Assembly: GCA_030167865.1 (NCBI GenBank) | Contig: JALAGF010005583.1 | Span: 1-35,393, forward strand | From: Craspedostauros australis | Taxonomy: Eukaryota | Reading direction: 5' to 3' | DNA: 35,393 nucleotides | Part shown: one piece after another, positions 1 to 10,900 of the stretch | How the letters are laid out: each line of letters begins with the position of its first letter | Numbering within the stretch: position 1 is the first letter of the stretch | Translations under genes and position numbers: made by a program | The notes under the pieces: model-generated | What the model was told of the DNA's origin: nothing | The model's database searches: none | What the model saw: the letters and a program-made list of their open reading frames with translations, nothing else

Positions 1-326
1 CATGCAATGAACGTATGTATACGAAGAACTGTGATGAGATGCAAGTGGCTCAATGCATCCAGGAGAAGCATTGAGCCATAGTAAGCAGGAGGGCATGCCA
101 GGACATTGAGAAATCGGAAAAAACGATATGAGGGGGGGAAAAAGTGAGCGCGAACAAATAGTTTTAGTCGAGGTGGTCGAAGAAAATGCCATCGCGATAA
201 AACGTCGCGTTGCTTGATTTTGGTCTGAGGAGACCAATTTTGGCACCCCTCGAATCCGCTTGGTCTCCTGAGACAATTTTGGACTTTTATCGTGGACGAA
301 TTTCCTCATGGATATACCTCCTTGTA
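1..326. mobile_element. Possible terminal part of a DNA transposon with palindromic subterminal repeats
   Basis: CpG-poor first ~110 nt, two related palindromes at 220-243 and 260-282, and an end ...CCTCCTTG|TA resembling a mariner-type TA-CGAGG terminus after CpG decay. Confidence 0.25.
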
Positions 327-2157
327 CGACCACGAAACCATTCTAATACCGATCGTTGGAAGGGTTAAGAACCGCAGAACCACAAGGATCACGATGATGA
401 CGGTGTGAACACAATGGCCGCGCGGTGAGCGCAATCGCCATTCTCTAGTGCACAAAAGGCGACGCGACCATGGTATCACGATGGAGAGTACGCCAAAGAA
501 TCAGAATGAGTTGTCATTGGCTACACTCCTTTGTGGATCCCGCGGCGTGATGCCCCATTCCTTTGTCGACATCCATCGCTCGCATCACACATGGCTCGTA
601 CTCGTGCGATTGTCGTCTCCGTATCATGTCGTTGCGCAAACGATTAACGTGATGCCCAAGGTTGGTCTCAGCTCTCTGCAATCAATTTAGCCACAGCCCT
701 CGTGGACGCGCAAGATGGTGGTAACCATACGATCGCACGTGTACGAGCAACGACAGTGAATGCCAACAACGCGATGCTCGACCCTTTGGCTCCTTGCCCC
801 TCTTATCCTTCTTTCCCGCCCGGAGCAGTAGAGACTGAAGCACAACCGCACTTTGATCACTCGAGGAGGCTTCGTCCGCTGTGGGTGTAAATGTCAGTGT
901 GGGCGTGGATGTACTCGTGCAGCGAGGCTGATCACATAATCCGTCACTCTATGCAAGACACATGAGCCCATCATGCCCGCGCCCCACACATCTGCTCCGT
1001 GGATAGAAAGAGAGAAGAAGAGAGAGAGTAAAGGCGGTTTCGTTTCCTTGGCCCAAGGCAGCACACTTGCGGCAACGGAAACTATTCTCAAGCCACGAGT
1101 CATGTGATGTTCTAAAATACGAGCATGATCTCGTCACAAATTGTCCATGGGGATGGATCGCCTCCACATTGTCATGCTCACGAGACGTCTTTCACTTCCC
1201 AAGCCATTCACCAATCCTCCAGGTCGCACGAGCTGGTCTTGACCTTGCTCTGTGCCTGAGCAATAATCGATGATGCTATCCGCCTGCACGATCATCAACG
1301 AGAGAGATCGGCTTCACGAAGACCTTGAAGCCTCTCATGGAACAAGGCTGATGGAACTGTCCTTGGACCTGCCTGCTCTGTTGCATTCACTCTCTCTCTC
1401 TCTAGAGCCCATACTCAACGATCAGATGATCGCTCCGGGGAGGCTTCGATCCAAGGAGGAGGAACAGCGACGGCGAAGTCCCACAAACGCAAGGCCCAAA
1501 CAAAAAAGTTCGGTCAAGGCACATCGCTTCGTGTTTGTGTTGGGGTGAAAGGATGAGAAAGCTCCTTGGACTACGAGTAGTAGTGTGGTGCAAAGTGTGA
1601 GACTCTTCCATATTTCAACAGCATCTGTGTGTGGGGATGCACGTTATTATTGATCGTACACGGCTCGGTCTCGCAGGGCGCAGGGCGCTTCAAGTCACAT
1701 CCGGCTGCGCCTCCACAGAGAGGGGGTGAAAATACTCCAAAGTATGTGCCTTGGAGGCGGTTGTGTTTACCATGTTGTGATGGATCGCAGCAGAAGCATT
1801 CTCCAATCGCCGCGCCAATGTACGATGTACTTGTACCGTCCTGGCTGATCTTGTTGATACGAATAGCTCGTAGAGTCCTGAGTCGAATGGAGCCGATCGT
1901 AACCACCAGAATTCAAGTTGTCCCATGGCATCGTGCCCGTACGTACATGTATGGCAGGAACGGTGGTTATGGATGTGTGACACAGTCGTCGATCAATGCC
2001 GTGCAGCACAGTTGGGCATGCTCGCCGCAGAGAAATGTAACATCAGCAGGATTACGATCTACTCTACTCGCAAGCTCGGTAAGGACGCACGATGCAAAGA
2101 GAGCTGAGCCTGCCGTTTTGGTTACGCCACGGAAGTTGCCTGCGATGCTCCACAAGG

Positions 2158-5100
2158 CTACTCCTTGTTCTCGCCGTCAACGAGGTCCGACCACGTCTCT
2201 CGCCAACGATTGAGCATGACGTCGGCCTGCTCCATGGCCGTCTTCTTGAGGCCGGGGCGATTGCGCTTGCTTTCGGTACACAGCCTCGCGAGCTCCTGGT
2301 CCAACCGAAGGCCGGGAACTGCCATGCGGTCTCCTGCCGCAGAGATCGCTTGCTCGTCCGTCGGTGCGATGGCCTTCAGCTCGTCCTCCATGGAGTCGAT
2401 CAGCTCGTAGATGCCCTTCTCCTCCTTCGGGTTCACCAGGTGCCACAGATCACCAACGACGAACTTCGTGATCGGGATGTTCCGCACTCGCTTCTGCAAG
2501 AACAGGATGAAATCGCGTGTGCTGGACTGCGAGACGCCGGCTGCGATGGCGACCAGCTCGTACACAGTCTCCAGCACTTCGAACTCGTTGTCGATGCCGC
2601 GATTGAGAGACGGGAACTCTGGAGCGATGCCTGCGAAGTACTCCTTCATCGTCTTGATGTCACCCATTATGCGATTCAGGGCGAGCTGGTTGTCGCTAAA
2701 GGCTGAGTTTCTGTTGTCCTTGTGCGCCGTGGCCTTCTTCACAAGGCTCTTGATGTAAAAGTTAATGGTGGCAATGAGCATGGCATCCACGGTCTTGCCA
2801 AGCATGAGGTCGTCGAGGAAGTCTCCGAGATCGCCCATGAAGTCCTCCAGCGTTTTCACCAACGTCATGGCAAGCTCGTTGTGCGTCAGATTGTTCAGCC
2901 ACTCATCGCCAAACAGCTCCTCCGTGATCGCCTCTTCGATGGGCTCAAAGATGTAGATGTGGCACTTCTGCGCGGCGTACACGGCATCCGTGGAGTACAG
3001 ACCCAGCAGGATGGCGGACTGCTCCTCCAACGCCTCGGTCGCCGTGGCGCTGAGGTTGCATTCGGCCTGCAGATCGGACAGGATCTCCTCGCACTGATCG
3101 CTCATTCGAATGAAGTCGTTGGCCGACGCGCAGCACGTTTCGAAGTCCAGCAGGAACTGCTCCCGGCAGGCCATCTGCTTGTCGTAGAGGTTCTTGAAGA
3201 TGACTCCGACGGCCTGCACCAAGGCCTCGGAACGACGCGTGAGACGCTCGCGGATGGTGCGCAGTTGGACGCCAGCCAGAGAGAACACATCCTCGCACAA
3301 CGATGTCGTGAGCAACCCCTCTGATGTTTGATTCTTGGTGTGCTCGGTGCTGCGCACGAACAGTCAAAAGTGGCGGGAGTATCGACGGCGGATGAATAGA
3401 ATTGATACACCAAGGTTCGTTAGAACAGAGGCTGGAAATTGACCAGACAGTATGAGCCAAGCATCTTGGCTATTGTGTTCAACCATGCAATCACCAGCAT
3501 GACACATACACATACACATACACATACATACACACGCTCCACATCCAATGCAACATATCATCCAAACGTACCCGTAGACTCTGTCCAGCCACTCGTCGGT
3601 CTGCTCCTTGGTACGGTAGAGGAATTCATCCTTGGCCAAGTCATGGACCTCCCAGAGCATGTTGTTGGCCCACGCCAGCGAGTCCTTTGCCACGTCCATG
3701 TCCACTTGCTTGTTGTTATCCATGAGAAGTTCTGGACGCTCATTGAAGTACGTCTTCTTCGCCGAGTGCTTGCCGATGTTGGGGAAGGATTCTTCGATGG
3801 TTTCGCGGAAGTTCTCCACCCAGGCAACAAGGTCCAGCAGCTGCGTCACGGTGAGATCCTGCAGTTTGTGACCTTCCGGACCACCAATCTGTTCCAGGAT
3901 CTGCTTGGAGCAGACATGAGCAACGCACGTGCTCCATAGCGTTTCGAGTGCCCAATAGGGTGGGAAGCAGGGCGCCATTTGATTCTGGACGAAGCCAATT
4001 TCGGATGTGAGGCCGTTGGCTGCTCGAAGGACGGCGCTGAATTCCGCATTGTCCGCCTGCAGGTCGTCCTCTGCAGTTCGTTCGATCTGTCGGGTGAGGT
4101 GGGGCGACGTCAAGTTGTGCATCGTTGTGGTTGTCGTTGTGGTCGTCACAACAGCAATTTGATGTGAGATGAAAAATAGAGTAGAGCAAATGGAACGCAA
4201 CACAATTTGAATGACCTGCCATTCGCGACGATCACCATCCAAAAGCTGCAATGTGCAACGCAGTACCGGTACCAGCGCGAGTATCAACACCCAAATCACA
4301 CTGATATGACTACCGACAAAGCAGGAGCACTCACCCTTGACGTGGCCTCACGAAAGACCTCTAGACTGCGCATCTCAAAGTCCTGGAAGATCTGCTTCAG
4401 GGCGGAGGCGCGCATGTCGGTGAAACGCAGCGTCTGATTCTCGCCGGCCTCCTCACCGTGCACCGTCTTGTACTCTTCGTTGGCGGTCTCGTAAACCTCC
4501 ACGGCCTCGACCAGCGCGACCATACCGGCCGGGTTGTTCATGGCCAATTCAAAGGCCGTGCCGATCCCGGACATGATCCGCAGACGGATCTCGTCGCCGA
4601 GCTCCCAGACGTTCTTGACGTGCTCGTGGAGGAAGTTGTCGACCTCCTCATAGTTGTGCGGCAGACCGGCGCCCGACGAGAAGGTGGAACGAAAGCGCGT
4701 CGAGGCGCCGCCCATGGAACTGCGCCTGGAACGCAACTGCTGCGAGCTGTTGCCGTCCTTGCCGCTGTCGCCGCCGGCGCCGCCGTTGTTGTTCTCCGCC
4801 AGCTCGTCGTCGATGCGCTTCTTCATGCCGGCCTCGGCCTCGACGAGGAAGATCTCGAGCTCCACGTGCTCGCGGCTGACGTTGCGCAGCGTGGTCCATT
4901 CCTGCGCCGTCCATTCGCCGGCGTGCAGCTCCTCGCGCAGACGGTCGCAGGTGACGGGGATCTGCGAGTAGAAGTCAAGCTCGCGGAAGCACCTGGCGAG
5001 GTTGCGGCGCGCGTTGATGGCCTTCTTGAGCTTTGGATATCGGGTGAGGAGGAACTTGCTGGATCGCTTCTGGCCATCCTCGTCGCCGACATCGCCGACG

Positions 5101-6119
5101 TTTGAAATGTAGGTGGAGAGCTCGCGCAGCTTGCCTAGATCGTCCTTGACGGTGGTGACGGCGTTGACGAGCTCCTGGACCTCGGCCCCCGACGCGGCGA
5201 CTCCGTCGTTGAGACGAGCATTGATGAGGGCGAGCTGACGTTGCGTCTCGCCGCGCAGCTTGGCGATCTCCTTGTCCATCTTGGAGGCCCCCTCGATGGG
5301 CAGACCGGAGATGATGCCGATCTCCACGCCCTCCGATGACTTGACGGAGGGGTCGATGCTGTCCGCGGACTGGTTTGCCGGCGAGTTCGATTTGATGAGG
5401 TCCGATGCCGCGGCCACGGCCGTCGTCTCCTGCCCCATGCCGCCGTGCACGAGGAGCTCGTCGATCAATCCCGCGTCGAAGAGCCAGGTGGAGACGATGG
5501 AGATGGATCGCTCCTCGGCCTTGTTCTCGAAGTCCACGAGCGAGAGGCCCATGACGGCCGTGGGTATGTCCGGGGGGTCGGCCGGTCTCTGGAACAGCGG
5601 CATGGAGGAGGCCCCGGCCGCCATCCTCTTGTTGCCGTCGGCGTCGGCCCTCTTCTCCTCGTCCGACCTGGGCCCGTCCAGCCCGTCCGCGATCTCCGCC
5701 ACCTTCGTGTAGTACTCCTGCTGCACCATGTGGAAGTCGTCGAAGGGCCACTGCACCACGCGCTTGCCTCCGTAGAGGATCTCCTTCTTCTCCTCCTCGT
5801 CCACGTCCTCCGCCTGGCGGTTGCGGCGGAACATCTGGAGCATGCGGTTCTTGGCCGAGGTGGTCCCTATGGTGGAGGCCGCGCGCGTCGGATCGCGGTT
5901 GGCCAGCGCCGCCACGCTGCGTCCGTCGCCGTCGACGTCCATGCCGCTGAGGAGGTTCTGCGCGGCTGCGGCGTTGGCAGTGGCGGTCGCCTGCTCGCGC
6001 TCCTTCAGCTGCTGCTCGCGCACGCGGCGCCGGTTCTTCACCTTCTCGAAGTCCACATCGAAGTCGAACGGGTTGTTCGCGTTGCCGGCGTTGTCGCCGT
6101 CATCCAGGTTGTCGGCCAT
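2158..6119 (-). CDS. SEC6: Exocyst complex component Sec6/EXOC3-like, 3 exons (6119-4335, 4086-3572, 3349-2158), 1163 aa
   Basis: Three long minus-strand ORFs join in frame through GTGAGT..CAG (4334-4087, phase 0) and GTACGT..CAG (3571-3350, phase 2) introns. The all-helical C-terminal half carries Sec6-like segments (EGLLTTSLCEDVF, CASANDFIR, IFEPIEEAITEELFGDEW, TLVKTLEDFMGD). Start taken as ATG 6119 (MADNLDD); stop TAG at 2158-2160. Confidence 0.85.
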
Positions 6120-6137
6120 GTTGGCTCTAATTGTCGT

Positions 6138-6172
6138 TGGCACTTTGAGTGGCACTTTGAGTGGTGGCACTT
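6138..6172. repeat. 12-nt tandem repeat (TGGCACTTTGAG x2 plus a partial copy) in the Sec6 5' leader
   Basis: Read directly; 19-53 nt upstream of ATG 6119. Confidence 0.8.
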
Positions 6173-6859
6173 CTCCCTTGTTGGCTTTTGGTTCAGTGTG
6201 GTGGAGCAGACCAACTCTGCGATGTATCCTACGACTGAGAGTACCTGCACGAGCTGCAATGGAATGCTACTGCTAGAATAATGTAATGCCACAAGCACAA
6301 CACTTGGGCTCGTTCAGCTGTGATTCCCACACAGAGATGTGCACAATCGTTGCAGCACACGAAGGAAGGAGCAGCGTCTCTCCCGCTCTCGTTCTTCACG
6401 TTTCTCTGGATTGCGAAAGAGTGTGTCTGCAGCAGTCCTGTCATTTTCTTGGTTGCTTGTTTGTTGGTTTTTGGCGTTGTGGTTGTTTTGGTTGTCTCTT
6501 TTGCTTTCCCTCCGACAATTGGGGATCTTGACTCATGCGAGTGGATATGTATGCTTTTGTTTTATATTAATGACCGAATATTATGGAATGATAGTTTGGG
6601 TCCAACGGCTGATGCTTCCCCCTCAAGAACAGTTCCCCCCTTTCAACCACCTGTTCGATTTGGCGCCAGAAAAATGAAAAAGATCCGGACACCGACATGA
6701 TGCGAAGCGAAGCTGTGTTGTGGAAGGTCTGGAGCGATGTTCTGTCCATGACAAACCTCTCCACGACAAGCCATCGGGATTGTCCAAAGGGTCTCTCTCC
6801 ATCAGTCCACAGCACATCAACCAATCAACCGACCATACCTTTAGCGACATTCCAGGAAG

Positions 6860-7663
6860 ATGATTAGTAGGAGAATGAACACGATCGGGACAAGACTTCC
6901 CGCTGTCCGCATTCGCACTGTTGCAGGCGCATTCGCATCAGACTGCAGGCCTTCCACACGCGATGCAAACACGCCCTACAATGCATGCCAACTACCGCTG
7001 CGGGGGAGCGTCGCACGTTCCTTCTCATCGACAGCAGGCACCCCATTGCTGGCCGCCCAACGCAGTGCTTTGCAAGACATGCGCGCACGCATCCATCACG
7101 TTCCACGCCCGGATTGCTGCAGGATCTCAAACCCGTCAATCGCATGCCAAGCCTTGCGCTCTGCCTCCACATCCAACGACAACAACGGCAACAACGATGA
7201 GCCTTCGCAAGCACTCGAACGAGAAGAAGCCGGCTACACGGAACCCGTCCCCATCCGCATGCCGCATCTGGATCTCAGCATGGACGGGGAGCAGTTCGGC
7301 GACGTGCAGCATCCCAAGCATCACACGCGCAACCGCATCCTCAAATGGTACAAGCGACCCGGAGACATCATCCGTCGTGACGACACCCTCTGCGATATTG
7401 AGACGCCCCTCTTCACCTTCGGGATGGTCATCGATGATGACGATCACGAGGAATCGATCATGGGGGAGATTCACGTTCCGGCTTCTCCGCATCCCGGCGA
7501 TCAAGATGGGAAGAATGATGACGCAGAGACGGCTCATGAAGTCCAGACATCGCAAGACGGTCATGGAGATCCTGGCACCATTGAAGCCAAAGACGATGCG
7601 GTTCGGTATGTCGAAGATGGTGAAATTATTTGTATGACGTATCACAAGCCATCCGCCACCTGA
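6860..7663 (+). CDS. Stand-alone lipoyl/biotinyl-attachment (single hybrid motif)-like protein with probable mitochondrial presequence; lipoyl Lys absent
   Basis: 267-aa single-exon ORF. PIRMPHL...ILKWYKRPGDIIRRDDTLCDIET...IMGEIHV...VEDGEIIC matches the E2/E3BP lipoyl-domain pattern, but ETDKA is replaced by ETPLF. The N-terminus is Arg/Ser/Ala-rich and acid-poor (ARSFSS). Alternative start at ATG 6875. Confidence 0.75.
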   Translation: MISRRMNTIGTRLPAVRIRTVAGAFASDCRPSTRDANTPYNACQLPLRGSVARSFSSTAGTPLLAAQRSALQDMRARIHHVPRPDCCRISNPSIACQALRSASTSNDNNGNNDEPSQALEREEAGYTEPVPIRMPHLDLSMDGEQFGDVQHPKHHTRNRILKWYKRPGDIIRRDDTLCDIETPLFTFGMVIDDDDHEESIMGEIHVPASPHPGDQDGKNDDAETAHEVQTSQDGHGDPGTIEAKDDAVRYVEDGEIICMTYHKPSAT

Positions 7664-7922
7664 GCGACTTTGGCGGTGGCGGCGTATGCTACATACGTGC
7701 CTACAGGCTGGCCATAGGAGAGATCCGTTCTTCATCGTATCCATCTGCGCCTCGATCAAATGACAACACACAGGGTACTGCATATGATACTATACACTCC
7801 TAACCATAGGTCGTAGCATCAGAAGTGGAGTTCGTGGAAGTATGTAGAGCCATGCTTGGTGCATCTAGTTGTTCACGGCAATACGAGCACTATTGGGTTG
7901 TGCCCCCCTGTTGCCGTGGTTT

Positions 7923-10900
7923 TCACGACGACCAGTTGAACTTCGTCAGCAACGAGCTGGTGACGACGTCCACAACCCTAGAATCTTCTTCGGACAGCCG
8001 TTTCATCACCCGCGTCTGCTCTTCCGGTGTCAGACACAGCACTGTCCCAATCACGGGCAGCAACGTCTTGCGTTCCTGCTTCGTCTTGGCATTCAAGTAC
8101 GAAAGCACGATGTTCTTCAGGTACTCCAAGTTCACGCTGCCGTCTGACGACTTTGCTCCACCATTCGCTGCGCCCGCTGCTCCATTCGCGGTTCCTGCTA
8201 CCGTGGCACTTGTGGCAGTGCCATTCCCAGCGGCACCCTGCGACGACGACGCTGCCGACCCTCCAACGCCGCCCAGCTGCTCCATGCGCAGCAGTCGGGA
8301 CTGAGCCTGGTGCAGCTCCTCTCGAATTTGCGAGGCCTGCTCCAGCGCTTCCTGCTTCTCGCCCTTCGCATCGCCCACCAATCCGGCCAATCGGGCGATC
8401 TCATTGCGCGCTTGTGTAAGCTCGGCCTGCTTCTCCATCGCGTAAAACAATGGCATGGATTCGGTGCCTGCCGTCGCATTTGCGGAAGCATTCGTCTGGT
8501 TTGAACCAGGCTGTTGAGACGCCTGCTGTGATCCAGCACCTGACATGGCTTGGTCGCGTTCGCTGATCGTCACCTTCAGCGTTTGCTTCAAGTCCCGGAT
8601 GGCCTGATCCGCCACCTGTAGCTCCTGTCGCAGCATGGCGATCGTGGTCTCTGCTTCGGAGCTGGGTGCGCCCGATTGGCTCGCGCCCGCGGAGGAGCCA
8701 GGACCTGCAACTGCGCCAGCGGATGACAGCGATGGCACGGAGTACCCATCTGGAGACTTCTCCTGCTGCTGTTCCACGAGCTTCTTCTTTTCGACGTTAG
8801 AACGTTTCAAATCATCGCGCAGTTTTGACGACTCCATCGAAAGACGGTCGACCTCTTCCATCAATTCGTTGCACCTGTCCTCGCTGTCTCGCAACGACTT
8901 GGCAACCTCTGCCTTCTTTGATTGCTCCGTCTTGAGCTGCTCGTACACTGCCTTCGAACGGGCTTCCAAGGTGTTGTGGGATGTTTGCAACTTAACAATT
9001 TGTGCCTGCAGCTCCGCGGCCTGCTTGTTCTTGGCTTTCAGTTCGTTCGCCAGATCTTCCATCTTCTTCGCCTTGCCCTCCATCTCCTGCAGCTGCAGTT
9101 TGGCCTCCGCAGTCTTCTGCCGGGCTTCGGATTCCGCCTTCACAGCACGATCCATCGCGGTGTCTGCACTCGATCGCGCAGCTCTGGCTTCCAGCTCGGC
9201 TTCCTCCTTGGCTTGCACAGCGGACGCGATCCTGCCATTCGCGACAGACAACGAGCTCTGTGCCTTCTTCTTATACGTGGCAAGCGCATCCTCTCCTTTC
9301 TTCTCCACGTCCTTGATGGTGCCTTGCAAGCTCTTCAGTTCTTGTTCCCGGTCCATCAACTGGCCTCGCAGCGTGTTGAGCTCCTGCGAGACCTCCGTTT
9401 GCGACTTATCCTTGTCCATCCCCTGGGCCTGCAGTTGCACGATCTGGTCTTGCAGCTCTTCGTTTGCCTGCTTCAGCACATCGATCTCCGACTGCAGCGT
9501 TCTGCATTCGACTCGTCGATCCTTCAGCTCCGATGCAACTACCTTCACTCGTTCCTTCAGCGTGTCATAGTCATCAGCCTTGGCGGATGTTGCATTTGTG
9601 GCCTTTTCAAGCTCGGCCTGCAACAAGCACAGAGCAGAATGGAGAGTATGGCATGGAGTATATACGTGCGAAGTGCCAATCGATTGAGTGGAATAGCATG
9701 GGATGAGATACGTGATGTATGGTTAGACAGCAGGCTCCTGAGCACCGGATCGACTGGAATCGAGTCTCGAAAATGCAATAAACAAGCAATCAACATGAAA
9801 CAAACAAAAAGAAGCAAGTGAGGGGGACGTACCTCAAGTTCTTTGTTTCTGGCCTTGGCCTTCTCAGCCTGCAACTCAATATCGTTCATCTTGCTTTCCA
9901 TGGCACGAAGCTCATTCAAATGAGAATCTTGAGTTTTTGCCTTGGCCTTTTCACTGCTCATAGAAATGGAGGAAGAGAGGATAGGAGGGGGGTAGCGAAT
10001 GATAGTAACAAGCGCAAGGAAGCAACACGCGTGAGGGCAAATTCCATGCATCCATGTACGTGGGCATTTATTCAACATCCGCGTTGAGAAGCAAAGAGCT
10101 GAACGATAATCCAAAGCACCAAAACCATGTCCTTGCATCACAACGCAGAGCAATATATCACAACGCAAACAAACGATTGCACCACACGTACCGTTGAACA
10201 AGCAAGACCTTTGTTCCCTCCAATTCCCGTTCCAGGCTCCCGATGCGCAGCTGGAAGTTCTCGCGCTTCCTTCCCCATTCCCGCTCCATCTTGCTCTTGA
10301 CTTGGTCCTTGACAGACTTTTCTGCTTCCTGGATCAATCGGACCTGATCGGCCTGCCATTCTTGTCGTTTCTGTGCCAGGTAAGCTTGGAACTCTCGTTG
10401 CAGTTGCAGTTGCTCGGCCTCGTGATTCTGCTCCAGCCGTTCGATTTGCTTTGAGAACTGTTCGAGGACATGATCAGGCACCGCGTTGCCACCTCCGTTG
10501 GTTTTCTTTGCATCCGTCCCAGCTGGCGGCGTTGGCAGTTTTGGTTTTGTCACAGGCTTGCTCTTAGAGATGCTTGGGAAAGGAATCGGTTCAGCTGGCG
10601 ATGGCTGCGCGTTTGGTTGGTCGGCAGCAGCTGCTGGTTGTTGCAAGGCTTCTGCGGCATTCCCAAGAGCCTTCGTGAGGGAATCTGTCGCGACCGCAGA
10701 AAACATGTCCATGAACTGGGCTGCGTTGGCCATGTTGTCATTTGTGCTTTGCGCTGACGCCTTTGGTTGTATTGATGGATTGTCTGCTGTCATTGACTTT
10801 GGCGTTGCATCAGGTGCGGGTGCCTTTGTTGCATCCGTTGATGGAACAGGTGCAGACGCTGGAACAGACGCTGCGGCTTGAGTTTTCGTTGGACTCTTTT

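Noticed and set aside
330..2150. Short ORFs such as 1270-1548 and 1629-2213
   Set aside because: No codon bias, domain motif or consistent splice structure; treated as intergenic or Sec6 3' region.
3500..3535. CA/CATACA microsatellite giving MCMCMC or THTHTH peptides (similar tracts at 13020-13065, 20140-20172, 28865-28925)
   Set aside because: Ordinary intronic or UTR microsatellites, not coding.
2092..9821. Long plus-strand ORFs overlapping Sec6 and the golgin (e.g. 2092-2706, 4458-5105, 5445-6281, 8635-9570, 8922-9821)
   Set aside because: Antisense shadows of GC3-biased coding exons, with no independent domain signatures.
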